Origin: Octopus sinensis
Taxonomy: Eukaryota
Reading direction: 5' to 3'
Assembly: GCF_006345805.1 (NCBI RefSeq)
Contig: NC_043012.1
Span: 20,770,001 to 20,834,000, forward strand
Length of the DNA: 64,000 nucleotides
Numbering within the stretch: position 1 is the stretch's first letter; every line of letters begins with the position of its first letter. A program made the translations under genes and the position numbers. Below the pieces are notes generated by a model. That model saw nothing but the letters and a program-made list of their open reading frames with translations. It was not told the origin of the DNA and made no database searches. Of this stretch, positions 12,473 through 26,333 are shown piece after piece.

Positions 12473-15051
12473 TGTCAACATTAATAACTTTGAAGCTGAA
12501 TAATAGCAACATGAAGCTTTTTAAACTTTCTTCATCTCTACAGTTTCCTTCATTCATTACTGTCAATCGAAGGTGCTCGCGCACACACACCCAGGTTCAC
12601 CATCGAGTATGAGTTAATGTATTGTTCTGTTATTCTGTCTGTGGTATCCAGTCACTGAACTGTAGAGATGCTACAGGACTCTTCTAAGTGACAGTCAATT
12701 ATACGGTCTTTGGTGCTTCATTGCCTCTTATCTGATTAACTAAGGATGCATAAACAATGCTGTATTTACTTTGAACGTTAACAGACATATGCAAATACTA
12801 GAGTGAATTTCATTCGATGCTGTAGATTGGCTAACTTAATTCATTGTATCATTAGTGCTTATTCCACGATTATCGGTACCAATTTGCCACTCTAGTTATC
12901 GATATTGAAATATTGTCAATCAAGCAATCTGATAGAAACATTTATTTCTGATTTGAAGAGTACGTTATTTATAGCGGCATTGAGCCATATTCATAATATA
13001 CAACAACCAAATACTGAAATATGGGTCAATGAAATTACGAGACTTTTATCGGCCTTAAAATTAAAAGGGCAGTCCGGTTAATATGCCAAATATTTATTAC
13101 AATATCATTGTATTTAATTGTTATGGAAGTAGTGTAGAACAATCAATATGATATACAATTTTATGCCTGATATAACAATAGCTTATTTATATCAGCCTTG
13201 GGTCTTAGACATAATATTAGCATTAAATAATTCTGACATGTGTCACTGGAGTAACGAGACAACTTGTCAATCTGGTACAGCGTTTCTCTGTCTGGTACAT
13301 CAAAACAATCGTGTTCTTAGTATATATATTAAGGTATGTTGCTGTGAGAACATGATTATATGATATTCAGAGCAATAAATATTTGACAGCTGATAGTCGT
13401 TTAGATCAACAAATATTAATAGATTTACCTCACACGTCTCCAGGTTGCACACAGATGATTCTTAATTTTAGTGAGCTTCGTGTTGAGTGGGCTAGAGACA
13501 AACTTCTCCTTCTAATAATTTCTAGTTTATCGTAGTTAAACTTTGAAAAGTGATTTAATGCCAAGCCCGTCAGCCACGTTAAATTCGGCGTGTAAAATGA
13601 TATGGATTGCCCAGAGACAAAATGAAACAAATACAATATGTCAGAAATTAAGAAATGTGAGTTGTTAATCTAATAATATATCAAGATGGTTACTTAGCTC
13701 GTATTACAAATTGGGATTTCTGTGGAATAAAAGCAAATTTTTCTCTGAAGGTTTAAGCAATAAAATTTACATAAAGAATAACTGCTACATGTTAAATAAG
13801 ACACACTCTTCCCAGCCCTATGATGGGTCGATACGGTTGGCGCTGGATATAGCAACCAAATTTCCATTAAATTCCTTCTCCAAGTCATTAAGGATCGCTT
13901 CCGTTTCGTTCGCAGTTTTTATAATTATTGTTTTATTTAACTAAACAGTTTGAAACTTCGTATACTAGTATAATTTCTCAGCCTGAACACGGTTTACTTT
14001 CAGCATTTATGACAAAACTGCTTTCGATCGACTCTTTGTATGAATGGTCAAAATCCAAATGTACAAAAAAGAGATCGAAAAACAAAAAAAAAAGTGTAAT
14101 ATGCAACAGAGGCAGTAAACGAAGCCAAAACATAACACAGTTGTGACATTTAGTAGAATTGACCCGGAAGATGTTGCTCCTCGATTACTATCGCATACAC
14201 CAGTAACTTTCTTCGGTTGAATATATGTCGTTGATTAGTTAAAATTGCCCAAATACGATAACTTTAACATATGAAATTTTGTCAAAAATGTTGATAGTAA
14301 ACCATGATGAGCGTGAGAAATTACACCAGCATACGAAGTTTCAAATTGTTTAGTTTAAAAAAATAATTAAAACATCTGTGACTGGAACTGAAGAGATACG
14401 TCATTAATATATATATATATATATACATCTTTATATTATCATATATATTATACACACACACATACACACACACGCACACACACATACATACACACATATA
14501 TATATAAATAGATATAGATATGTATGTATATATGTATGTATGTGTGTATGAATGTGGTGTATGCATGTATGCATGTCATTGTTCAGTTATATTTCAAGAT
14601 CTGTTGCCAATAGAAAAACAGTCGATTTCTAACCTAGATCCAAGGCTGATTCACTGGTATTTCAACAACATCAACAGGATATTTTTGTTTGCATGTATGT
14701 ATGTATGTATGTATGTATGTAAGTATGCATGTATAGAATGTTGAAAGTAATGTTTAGATATTGTATGTTCAGAAGAAGGAGCCAGTTCGAATTTTCGATA
14801 ATACTTTAATAGCGCTTGCATCCATTCATGAGGATTTGTTGGCTTTTATAGAAATGGAGAGGAGAGGTGAAAGAGAAAGTTGAAAGGGGAAGAAGAGAGG
14901 AGGAGATTTCAGGTCAATGTTTAGCATATTAGATGTCCACTTTAGTGGTCATTCCTCTTAATTTTGTATGTAACACAATTTTTAATCTTTCGATATTTTA
15001 GATATGCTAAGCGAGTGGTTTTAATTGGTTAATATCAATTTCTACCCTTAT

Positions 15052-15089
<38 letters not shown>

Positions 15090-15251
15090 TATATATATAT
15101 GTATATGTATGTGATATACATATATATATATATATATATATACATACACATACATATATACATATACATATACATGTATATGAGTATGAATATATACATA
15201 TATATATAATATATATACATACATACGTATATATATTTATACATATACGTT

Positions 15252-15282
<31 letters not shown>

Positions 15283-15371
15283 GTATATATATATGTATAT
15301 ATGTAAGTATGTATATATATATACATAAATATACATATATATACATACATATATACATATATAATATATAT

Positions 15372-15405
<34 letters not shown>

Positions 15406-15485
15406 CATACATACGTATATATATTTATACATATACGTTTATATACATATATATATATATATGTATGTAGATATATATATATACG

Positions 15486-15522
<37 letters not shown>

Positions 15523-15544
15523 GTGTGTGTATATATATATATGT

Positions 15545-15588
<44 letters not shown>

Positions 15589-15794
15589 TGAAGTAGATAA
15601 ATGAATTATCTTATTACGGATAATTCAAATGATAACCGATACCTGGGTATCAAAAATCACAACAGAAAGAGCATGGTTGAAGTTATGACCATGGGGCATA
15701 AAATCCGTGCCTTAGTGCAGAAATTTGAAGTTTTATATATTAAGTATAGGAAAAAATGGAGCTGAACGAAGATTTAACAAAGTTCCTTTATTTT

Positions 15795-15880
15795 ATTTTC
15801 GACATATGTTCCGAAGTCTGCAAAGTCCCTAATTCCGATTGAATAAGGAGTCCATTTTGCAGCTTTCTCTTCAGGAAAAT
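15795..15880 (-). ncRNA. Type I hammerhead ribozyme with an A13G core variant (probably impaired)
   Basis: Minus strand ATTTTC-CUGAAGA-stem II-GGAAC-AUAU-GUC-GAAAAU. GAAA is changed to GGAA at 15811. Helix III is the palindrome ACAUAUGU. Confidence 0.75.
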
Positions 15881-15985
15881 CCAGGAACTTAATTCTCCAA
15901 CAAAATGCACAACAAGCTTTTCGACACACGCTCATGAGGAGCCCATGAAATTAATGTGCATTTTGTTGGAGAATTAAGTTCCTGG

Positions 15986-16071
15986 ATTTTCCTGAAGAGA
16001 AAGCTGCAAAATGGACTCCTCATTCAATCGGAATTAGGGACTTTGCAGACTTCGAAACGTATGTCGAAAAT
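15986..16071 (+). ncRNA. Type I hammerhead ribozyme, intact core, GUC cleavage triplet
   Basis: Helix I AUUUUC/GAAAAU (15986-15991/16066-16071). CUGAAGA at 15992-15998. Stem II GAA/UUC plus CUGCAAA/UUUGCAG. GAAA at 16054-16057. AC-GUAU-GU, with C17 at 16065. Confidence 0.85.
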
Positions 16072-16120
16072 AAAATAAAGGAATTGTTAAATCTTCGTTC
16101 AGCTCCATTTTTTCCTATAC

Positions 16121-16171
<51 letters not shown>

Positions 16172-16188
16172 ATATATATATATATATT

Positions 16189-16757
16189 CCCCACATCGTG
16201 CAAATGATGTACCACTCGCAGCGGCGCTGAGAGATTAGAGTTGCAGGGCTTTAAGGCTATCCCAGTAATCGACATCAATCATGCCCTTAATTCATTTAGT
16301 GAATGTCCTCCGGGTTCTTTCAATTTTCAAGCTGTTTTCCTTTGTATGGGGAGACCACAGGAAGAAGCAATATCCAAGGTGTGGCCGGAAGGTTCTTAAG
16401 ATCTAGGAGCTCATCCTACGAGTTATATCGACCTTATTGTTGATGTGGGCACTCCACCTGAGATTGTTATCAGACATTACTCCTAGGTCTCTAATATTAT
16501 TAGATGCTGGGATCGGTTCCTCTGAAGGAAGAGAGTATGTCTGAAGGAAGAGAGTCTTTCTTCGAAAATGCATCAGCTCAAATATTCTCTTGTTTAGTTG
16601 CATTTTGTTTTTGTCTGCCCATTGACTAACCGCATATAGATCAGACTGGAGTTGAGTTCGGTTTTCTTCTTCATTGATGATTTGCTGGAGCTTAGTGGCA
16701 TCAGCAAATACTTTTATTTCGCAGTGTTTTACGACGCTGGAAAGGTCATTTATGTAG

Positions 16758-16760
<3 letters not shown>
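16189..16760 (-). mobile_element. CR1/L2-clade LINE, RT C-terminal fragment
   Basis: Minus strand translates YINDLSSVVKHCEIKVFADATKL...QSDLYAVSQWADKNKMQLN...IRDLGV, CR1-type RT domain and thumb motifs. Stops present. Confidence 0.85.
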
Positions 16761-16806
<46 letters not shown>

Positions 16807-17191
16807 ATATATATATATATATATATCTGTGTGTGTGTCTCTGTGTCTATGTATACATATGAGTATATATATATATATATATGTGTGTGTTGTGTGTGTG
16901 TGTGTGGTGTGTGTGTGTTGTGTGTGAATAAATATATGTGTGTGTGTATATCTATCTATCTATCTATATATATATATATATATATTAGAAGCTTGTCATT
17001 TCAAAGCAACATTTATGATCCTTTTTTTTTTTTCGAAGATGGATATGAATTTGTTTTTCTTCTGCGGTTTAAAATGGCGACGAAAATGGATCCCGGAATT
17101 TATTCTTAATTTTTTCACTCACCAAATACAATTAATTCCCTTTGATATGTTTCTTCGTTTATCAATTTGATACCTTAACGTTTCCCTTTTC

Positions 17192-17264
<73 letters not shown>

Positions 17265-17389
17265 ACTCACTCTCCCGCTTGCTAAATATATGCGTGTGTG
17301 TGTATGTGTGTGTGCATGCATGCATGTGTATGTATTTGTACGTATATATACGTGCATAATTTTACGCATATATTTTAAGGATATGAACT

Positions 17390-17590
17390 GGAAGAAACGT
17401 TAACACGCCGGACAAAATTCTGAGCGATATTATGTCGGTCTTCCCACTTTGAGTTCTAATCCTCATCTACTTTTCATTTTATCCATTTGGAATCAATAAA
17501 ACAAGTACCAGTTGCACCATGGCGTTGGTATAATCGATTTAACCATCCCCTTAAGCTTGCTGACACTGTGTCAAAATTTGGATCACACCA
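17390..17590 (+). mobile_element. Degraded SINE family B
   Basis: GAGTTCTAATCC...AATAAAACAAGTACCAGTTGCAC...CTGTGTCAAAATTTG. Confidence 0.6.
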
Positions 17591-17923
17591 AAATTGTGCT
17601 ATAGGATTGTCATCTAATTCCTGGAACACGCTGCCGCATATGTCAGATATTTCACAATGTTCGGATTTTAAAGTAAAATCAAAGCGTTTCGTTATAAGAA
17701 ATGAATTGGAGTGTCGTATTCTTGAACAGTATAATCTGAATAAATATGATAATATTTGTTTCAAGGTTGTGTATGTTGAAAGCATATTCTTCGAACATTA
17801 CCAGCTAACGTAGAAAAATTCAGTTTTTATTTCTGACGTAAATAACAAAAAGTTTGGACAAACACAAACACATAGACACGCACAATATTTAGGCAAGTTG
17901 GTCTTTTTTAATATCACTTAAGT

Positions 17924-17954
<31 letters not shown>

Positions 17955-17969
17955 TGTGTGTGTGTATAT

Positions 17970-18059
<90 letters not shown>

Positions 18060-18114
18060 ATATATTTGTATGCATGCATGCATATATATACACATATATA
18101 TATATATATATATA

Positions 18115-18147
<33 letters not shown>

Positions 18148-19652
18148 GAGTGTGTGTGTGTGTATACAACGCACACATGCAGCTACTGTGTGGCTAATAA
18201 AGAGACATGTATATACATATACGTATATAAATATTAACGTACGTATGTATTTAGTGTGTGTGTATATGTACATAAACAGGTAGATCATATATAGTATTTC
18301 ACACACACATACATGCAAACATATATATGTATGTATCTATTCATGGATGTATATATGTATGTATAGATGTACGCATGGATGTATGCATACTTGTATGTAG
18401 GTTTGCATGCATATATGTGTGTGTGTGTTTCACATATATCCTCGTTGCCAAAGACCAATACACCTGCACCTCTTCCTCTGCTGTCTCCTATTATTTTATC
18501 TTCAAATAAATATATTTGGTGATGTTTTATTGTATATTATAATTTTTGTTTTACATGTTTCGTATATGTAATACAATATAAATCCATTTTAGCATATTTT
18601 TAACCTGATACGAGAAAAAAAGACGTTTCCCATTCAATGATATTGCGTAAATTGATCAAGTCATATATTATACAAAGAAACGTATTTTCTGCTTTCTTTT
18701 TGATACTCAGATTGATGTATGCACATATCGTTCGTTACAAAGTACACATATTCGTATATTCATATACCCGTAGCTAAATACATACACACACACACACATA
18801 CACACATGTATATTTATATGAATCTATGTATATATGTATGTATTTATGTATGTATGTATATGTATAATCATAAGCTTATAGAAATAAACATCTTTAGTTT
18901 CACATACAAAAATACTTTTATATGTGTATGCGCATGCGTGCTTACGTTTATGTACGTATACGGGAATTTATACTTCTATGGAATGTGTTTCCTTTATGAG
19001 TTCGAAATCTTTTGTATGTATTCCGCTATCTACATACACAAGTGCGCATGTCATTTACAAAAGAATACACGCATACATATATAATAGATATACGTTTGTA
19101 GTGTTTATATATATATATATATATACATTTATATGAGTGCGCGTATGTGTGTATGTATGTATATACATGTTTGATGTGTGTGCTTTTGTGTGTGCTCATA
19201 CAATATTGATTTAGACAAGCCGTTATAAATCATATCCCGCTACTGCCGGCAATGAAAGGTGATCGATAAAAAACAAATAAAACCTGAATAATTTATTGAA
19301 CGCCTCTATAGTAGTTTTTTAATTCAAATTCTGAAGATATACTTCTTTAACTGATCAAGTAGAAAAAATATCCGCTTAAGTACATTTTTGTTTACAAAAT
19401 ATCCACTTGTCCTTACGCTGCTATATTCCAGCGTGTCGACAAAATCGTTTGCCGACAGGCTGGTTCTTCATGAGTCTAAATTCTTTCTTGTCTCTATGTC
19501 GTTTAAAATTCTCAACTGTAAGCTGTATCTGATTCTAGCCACCGCAGGAAACTGTACGCGAGATGTCACAGACGTAGTCAACTAATATATAGTCTCTGCT
19601 GGGTAAGTTTTGAAATGAGATTCCATTAGGTAAAGTATTGATAACTCATCCT

Positions 19653-20050
19653 AAATTTGGCACAAGGACAACACTTTTAAAAGGCGGAATCAAGCCGATT
19701 ATCTCGATCCAGGTACTCAACTTGAATTTATTTGATCAACCTTCAAAGACGGAAGAAAATGCTAAGCATTTTGACCGACGCAGTAACGATTCCGTTACTT
19801 CACCGCCTTAGAAGAAGCAATATCTTCAATTTTGACATAAGGCCAGCTGTCTTATCGAGAGCGAGATAGTCGATTGCATTGGACCCAGTGCTTGATTAAC
19901 AATCTAGTTAACTTTGACACCCCCCTCCCAATTCTATAGGGGTTCATTAAATAAAGTTGAGCACGGCAGAATTTGAACTACAAACGTAAAGAACAGGAAG
20001 AAATACCTTTATGTTGTCCGAGTCGGCTACGATTCTTCTGCTTGACTCCT
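19653..20050 (-). mobile_element. Two adjacent SINE family B copies (19653-19808 and 19824-20050)
   Basis: AAATTTGGCACAAGG, GGCAGAATTTGAAC and GCTAAGCATTTTG..CGACGC motifs. Confidence 0.7.
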
Positions 20051-20125
20051 AAAAAACCAAAAAATAAAAATATGCATAATACGATTAATGCCTCAATACG
20101 AAAGCAGTAATTTGATATGTTATAT

Positions 20126-20457
20126 CAGAGGTTCTCAAACTTTTGGGGCAACCGCCCGCCACGTGGTCACATAATACACTTAGTGACCCCACCCCTATAT
20201 TTATGTATAAATATATATTTTATATCTTACTAATTTATATATACTATGAATCATTTGATAATTAATATATTATTATATTATTTGTTGACAATACTATGAT
20301 AATATTATAATAAATCCATAGCTTACCCCAATCCACTTCATTCCTCCCAACGCCTCCTTTTTCTCTACCGCCAAACATCGTCCCCTTAGGCACTAGCGCC
20401 CACCTGGACCGTCTCAACGCCCACTGGGGGCGGTAGCGCCCACTTTGAGAACCTATG
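20126..20457. mobile_element. hAT (Charlie-like) MITE
   Basis: TIRs CAGAGGTTCTCAAACT and ACTTTGAGAACCTATG resemble the hAT-Charlie CAGGGGTTCTCAAACT end. The 8-bp flanks TGTTATAT and CGGTAGAT match at only 5/8 positions. Confidence 0.75.
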
Positions 20458-22856
20458 CGGTAGATGTTCAGATATTTGTAAAATTTCCTACTAATAGTTT
20501 TCCCATGTTGGATGGCCCACGATGGTTCTGAGGTCTCAAGAATAAATTCTTTTTAAATATGGAAATTGATACTTAATGCAAAGTGGTGTCGCAGAATGAT
20601 ATTCATAGTCTTTTTATGCAGGACTAAGGAACTGCAGCATCAACTGGCTTAGGCTACTCACCTAAACTTTAGTGAAACACTGCGTATATCACTCGAGTTA
20701 CTTCGGACCAAAAATGAGTCTTCTGCGGCGTTCAACAATAAGTAATTTTGAGTAAAGAAAATATGTTTTGGGTATATATCTGAGGTAGTTTAGGTATTTT
20801 ATTTCAACGTTCATTGTGTTACAGCATGAACGCAGTTCAACAATGAATTCATCCGATAAAATAAATATATATACATACATAAACTACCTCCAAACAGTTA
20901 TATTTTAGGGTTATAGGCATTAAACAACGCCACCTGTGCATTGGGAAACTTTATTCATGCAATCATGAATGATACGAGCATTTACGCAAGCTCTTTGGTC
21001 ACAATTTCTACCTTCAACTTACCAGTTCTAGAATCACAACAAATGCTCTTGAGCGCCTTACTTCCTCTGCTTAAACCATCAAATTTTATTAATCATATAG
21101 ATGAAAATAACTCGTTTATTTGACGAGATAATTGAATAGTGAATGATTACAAAATGATTACCTATGGCTTCCAAAATACACAGGTTCTACCAGATACAGA
21201 TACAGGCTAATCTCTTGTCACACTGATGTTAGAGATTTGAATAGGTAATTATATCCTCCTGTGCATTAAAGAGAATTTAATTTTTCCTTGCACGAGTATT
21301 GAACTACTTGTCATTTACTCAGATCTACATAACCTCACTTTTGTCGGGAAAGAAACTAATGACCTTCCTTGTTTTTCATCTCTTTTCGTTCATTTTTTAT
21401 TGTCTCGGTCACTAATTGGCTGAACTAGAATTGTTTAAAGAGCTTATAGTTGGTGTGTTATCATACAAAGGGGAAAAAACGCGCTATACTTATGTAGACC
21501 TAATAGCACATTTGGCATTACATTACACGCAGAGAATTATCAGGAGACAAAACAATCTCACGAATCTCCACCTTTATGTTTGTCTTTATACATGTCAGAT
21601 AAGAGAGATATTATTTCAGTGAATATTTCGCTTACATTGAACCTACCGAAAATTGGCAGTAATTCAAGTAATTTGCAATGCGCAGACATACATTAATTTA
21701 ATGGGTCTTTTGCTACTCAGGCCTTTTAACGTGTATATATATATATTAATGTCTGTGACATTAGTCACACAGATGATATGCATTTTTTTCTATTAGCGTT
21801 CGATACTGATCACAGCATTCGCTTGAAATTTGCAAATTGGGTACACATGTCACCCACAGTTTAGACTAACAAAAATCTAAGTTCAGTAAGGCCTCTCTAT
21901 TCGAAAAGCATGAAGGTCTTGAGTGCAAACCTTCATAATGTAAAGCCAAAAAATAATGTTAAGATAAAATTAGTATCAATATTCCAGCGATGCTGTGGCG
22001 TCGACAATTGAAAATAGCACTTCATTTCTTATGCTTTATTGTCAGAAGCGAATTCTTTTAAACAGACACTCTCTCCAATCAAACACTAACAATCAACGTT
22101 ACTTCGTTTCAGTCTGTCTTCTCTTTGTCCTGCTATAGCATGACTGTGGAAGCCAATAAACTGCCGATTCTCGAGAGGCAGCTAATTGAAATTACAACGA
22201 AAGAAAACAAGTTAATATTATCAGGTAGCAAATGCTATTAGTAAATTATTTCAATGGTCTCCAGGTGGTTCTAAATTATCCCATTGTCTGAGATTCAGGA
22301 GTGTATTTCAAGAATGATCTGACTTCCGTTCCAAACGCTTGCAAGATGATGAGGTGCCATGTGGATTATGGAAGATAATCCAGCTTTTATGATTCAAGTT
22401 AAGCTAAAAATTAAATATGTCGCTGCAATATTCAAAGCAGCTGCAAGATTACATTGCTCAACTTAAAAAAAAACATGCATTAGCTTCAGATTAATTAAAG
22501 GTAACAATGCAGTTCTTAAATATTAAAGGGGAACAACTGATCAATTCCCCGGGTTATTTAGCGACAAGCGACGTATCACACAAATTCCTCACTCAAAGTA
22601 AAAAATAGTGTTCTGTCAGAGATCCACCAGGAAATACAAAATAAATATTCTCGGAGACCAAAACAGATTTCAATCTAAGGTGAGAAAATCATGAGTAGAT
22701 AATTAACATTAGTAATCTATCCAAGAAATCTGAGATTGCTATTTTACCTGTATTGACTTCTACGAAGCTTTAGATCAAATCTTTTATGGTGGCTAGAAGT
22801 AAGACTGAGACAGTTCAGCATCGAATACACAGTAATCTCATCTCATCTTATCTCTT

Positions 22857-22889
<33 letters not shown>

Positions 22890-25260
22890 TTCTCACTCTT
22901 TCTTCTCCCTCTCTTTCTCACACGTTTTGATTTTGATTTTATAGTTTCGAATAAGAACTGTGTCGTTGCAGTTTCATGAACAACTTTGAATATTCGAATA
23001 CAAGACCTCAAATGGTATAAGAAAGTTTGGAAACATTATTTGTACAATTTGTAAAAATTTAATTACTGGTGAAGATAAATATAAGGGATAATTAAATTAA
23101 TTTTCTCAGAGGTGATAGTTAAAGTAACAAATTAAAGGTAACAAGGAGGAAGGAGAAATCGAGAGGAAAATTTTAAGTAGAAGGGAATGGAAGAGGGAGG
23201 TAGTTTTTCTTTTGTTTTTAAACCAGAGTAATTATTTTAAATTTGAAAAATATTCAAAATATAATGAATTTTATTTTTAATTCATTTTTCTATTCCGTTT
23301 TCCCGTTGTATATTTTCCCCTTTCGTCCATCTCTACTTCACAACCATCTCTATATGTTTGTTATCAACCGAAGGCAGCCACCGAAGAGCTGCCTATGCTA
23401 GGCAAAATTAGAGGAATCTGGTAGCAGTTAAGTGACCTCACATGGAATCTTTTAACAGTTGAAAACAAATTAAGTTTTCAGTGTTCCACTGAAGCGGGGC
23501 GTCCAGTCTATTAGCAAGACGGCTAATTGGAATATCTGCTGAATTTAAGGAAGTAATTTCAAAACTTCGATTGCATAATCACCGTCAAGAGAAGAGCTTA
23601 TATACTTCAGTAGAATTTGCGTGGGACAAAAGTCTATGAGGATTGATTGACGAACACTATAGTATACCAGATCTTGTTATCTACTGGCTTTATGTTTGTC
23701 ATCGAGCTGGCACCTCTTCATTCACGATTTTATTTTTGTATATATCTTTATATTCTTTAAACACTGAAGGAAAAGTGGCTCAACTTTAGATATTACAATT
23801 TACACTTTTAAATTTCATGAGAGCATGCTCTATCATAAAATCCTGTTTTAAAAACATGAATGTTAGGGTCATAATGATCAACCTTATAATTTGTGTTTCA
23901 TAAAGGACATGTAACAAAAACAAATGAGGACTTGTGTCGGCTCCCTAAAAATATGGAAGTCAGAGCTGTCTGTATGGACGATATTCCTCAATGCATTTCC
24001 AGCGCCGATGTTAGTACCAACTTTTGGGATATTGGACTGGACACTTAATGAGGTACTGTCCACCACTAGCAACTTCTACAACAACTATACTGATAGAATC
24101 ATTGTGAGACGAAGAGATGGTGGTAAAGGCCAAAACGCCTTTGATCGTCGCATTCTATTACTCAGACAACAGCAACTCAACCATATACAAACACATACAT
24201 ACATACATACATACATACATACATACATACATACACGTATAAATAAATATATACATTCATACATACATACATACATACATACATCTACCGCAGTTACTCT
24301 ATCCAGATTACAAATTCAGGTTTATACCTGTAATTATTAGGACCCTGGGATATGTAATACACTGCCTAAATACTAATCTTGAGAAATTAGGCTTCCCAAA
24401 ACGAGAAAGGAGAATGCTGATTCGGATGTAATACAAATAAGATTCAAAGAATCAGAATCAACATAAGAAATAAGCATAAAAGATGCCTACACGTGTTTCA
24501 GTTCAGCCACTAGGTGGACATTGGTTCGGATCATCACGATTCGAACCATGTTAGATGGAAAAGAACCCCAGAGTATGACCGGATTTCATCAGGGCTAATG
24601 CTTACATGTTGGTGGTAAATAACGAACTAAGTAAGATGGATGAGGACTTATTTTCATATATTCAAATAACATAAACAATACTTTGTTAGGAAAGATAGGA
24701 CGCGGAGGTAGTGTGTGGGGGTTGATATTATATAATGAAATCGCACTGTAGGACTTTGATGCATTTGAAACATATACTGTTATAGGTGTTAAGGGACATA
24801 AAGCAGTCATTTAAGTCGAATATAGGCTGTTATAGGTATTAAAGGAAATTGAGAGATGAAACAAATAAGGGTATAGAGAGGAACAGATATTTCAAGGGAA
24901 AAATAACAAACTGGGACTAAAATAGGAATATACGTAATTGATTTGGGATGTAAGACATAAGATATTAAGAAATAAAAGTTGGTTATAATATTTTAAAGTT
25001 ATAGTTAAGAGGGAAATTTATTCGATATTGTATACTGAAATAGTAATTTAGAATGTATTCTATAGGAAAGTTATTATAATTATTATCATTTAGCACGTCA
25101 ATGGACTAACAAATACATTCTATTATTTAGAGAAAAGTATTAAATAGAGAACAACAATTGATATCCGAATTTTTTAAATACCTAATGAGGAAATAACATC
25201 CTCAATTTTGACTATACATACATATATATATATATATACATACATACAAACATACATACA

Positions 25261-25296
<36 letters not shown>

Positions 25297-25321
25297 CTTA
25301 TATCTATAATATAATATGTGA

Positions 25322-25395
25322 TTAGTCGGTTGCCATAATAAAACTCAGAGTTTCGCATGTCTGCTCAGGCATCTCCTCGGTTATTAAGACAAACA
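25322..25395 (-). ncRNA. Degenerate hammerhead motif, same family as 46711-46773
   Basis: Minus strand UAAUAA-CCGAGGA-...-GAAACUCUGAGUU-UUAUUA-UGGCAACC. U4C core change and a weak stem II. Confidence 0.6.
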
Positions 25396-26273
25396 AAAAT
25401 GCTATGAAAATGACCGTTATATACATATAAATATATTATATATACTTATATATATATATTAATATATATATATATACTTGTATACTTATATATATATATA
25501 TACATATAAGTATATATATATACATATAGTATATATATATATATATTATATATATATATATATATATATTTACATATATAAGCCTCTGTATGTATATGGG
25601 TGTGTGGGTGTAAATATGTGTAGTGAGAAAGATAGGGCAACAGGCGAACAGTTAACAGCAATGTAACGTTTCGCTATTTTCCGATAATTATAGAGTTCTT
25701 ACTGCAATAGATTGCCGTAGTTCAAACATGGCGCATTTCACAATTGCCTGCTAGTTTGCCTCGTAATGAAATGTTTTCAATTTAACAGAAACACTATCTA
25801 ACTATTAAATTCGAGCAATATAATTATATATATAAGGAGAACAGAATTTTTCTGATGAACAGATTAATTAGCAATTTTCCAGCACTGTGTTACGTTACCC
25901 TGAATGTACTTTGATTATCAGAATGTTATGTCGAAAGCAAAAGGTTCAATGAAATATTGCTAATTCTGGAAATGTTGGGACTAGGTTTCCGCCATTCTAT
26001 ATTTCTCAGATAATTCGGTTATGACGCTTTCCATCTACTTAGCCGTGACTACCCAGCTCCTTTAAATGCACTTTAATTTGCGTTTGACACTTCTTATTGA
26101 GATAGTAGCTCTATATAACTGAGTTAGGCGTCTCCAATTCTGCAGTTATAACTAATTTAACCAACGTAATTCTTTGCCTTCGCCAATATTCCACCTCTAA
26201 ACACCATTCTCTTTTTCCCCACCCTTTCTCTCAACATACATACAGACACACATATACACAACCCCCCCCCCCC

Positions 26274-26333
<60 letters not shown>

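Larger units (their letters stand above)
15734..16130. repeat. Near-perfect fold-back inverted repeat (arms 15734-15911 and 15955-16130, 43-nt spacer)
   Basis: Manual alignment of the arms shows 3 substitutions and one 2-nt indel (about 97% identity). Confidence 0.95.

Noticed and set aside
22139-22224. Possible 86-bp exon (MTVEANKLPILERQLIEITTKENKLILS) with a good acceptor and a CAG|GTAGCA donor
   Set aside because: No recognisable homology and no consistent neighbouring exons. RNA-seq would be needed.
24560-24600. Minus-strand CUGAUGA followed by a weak stem
   Set aside because: No GAAA half of the hammerhead core.
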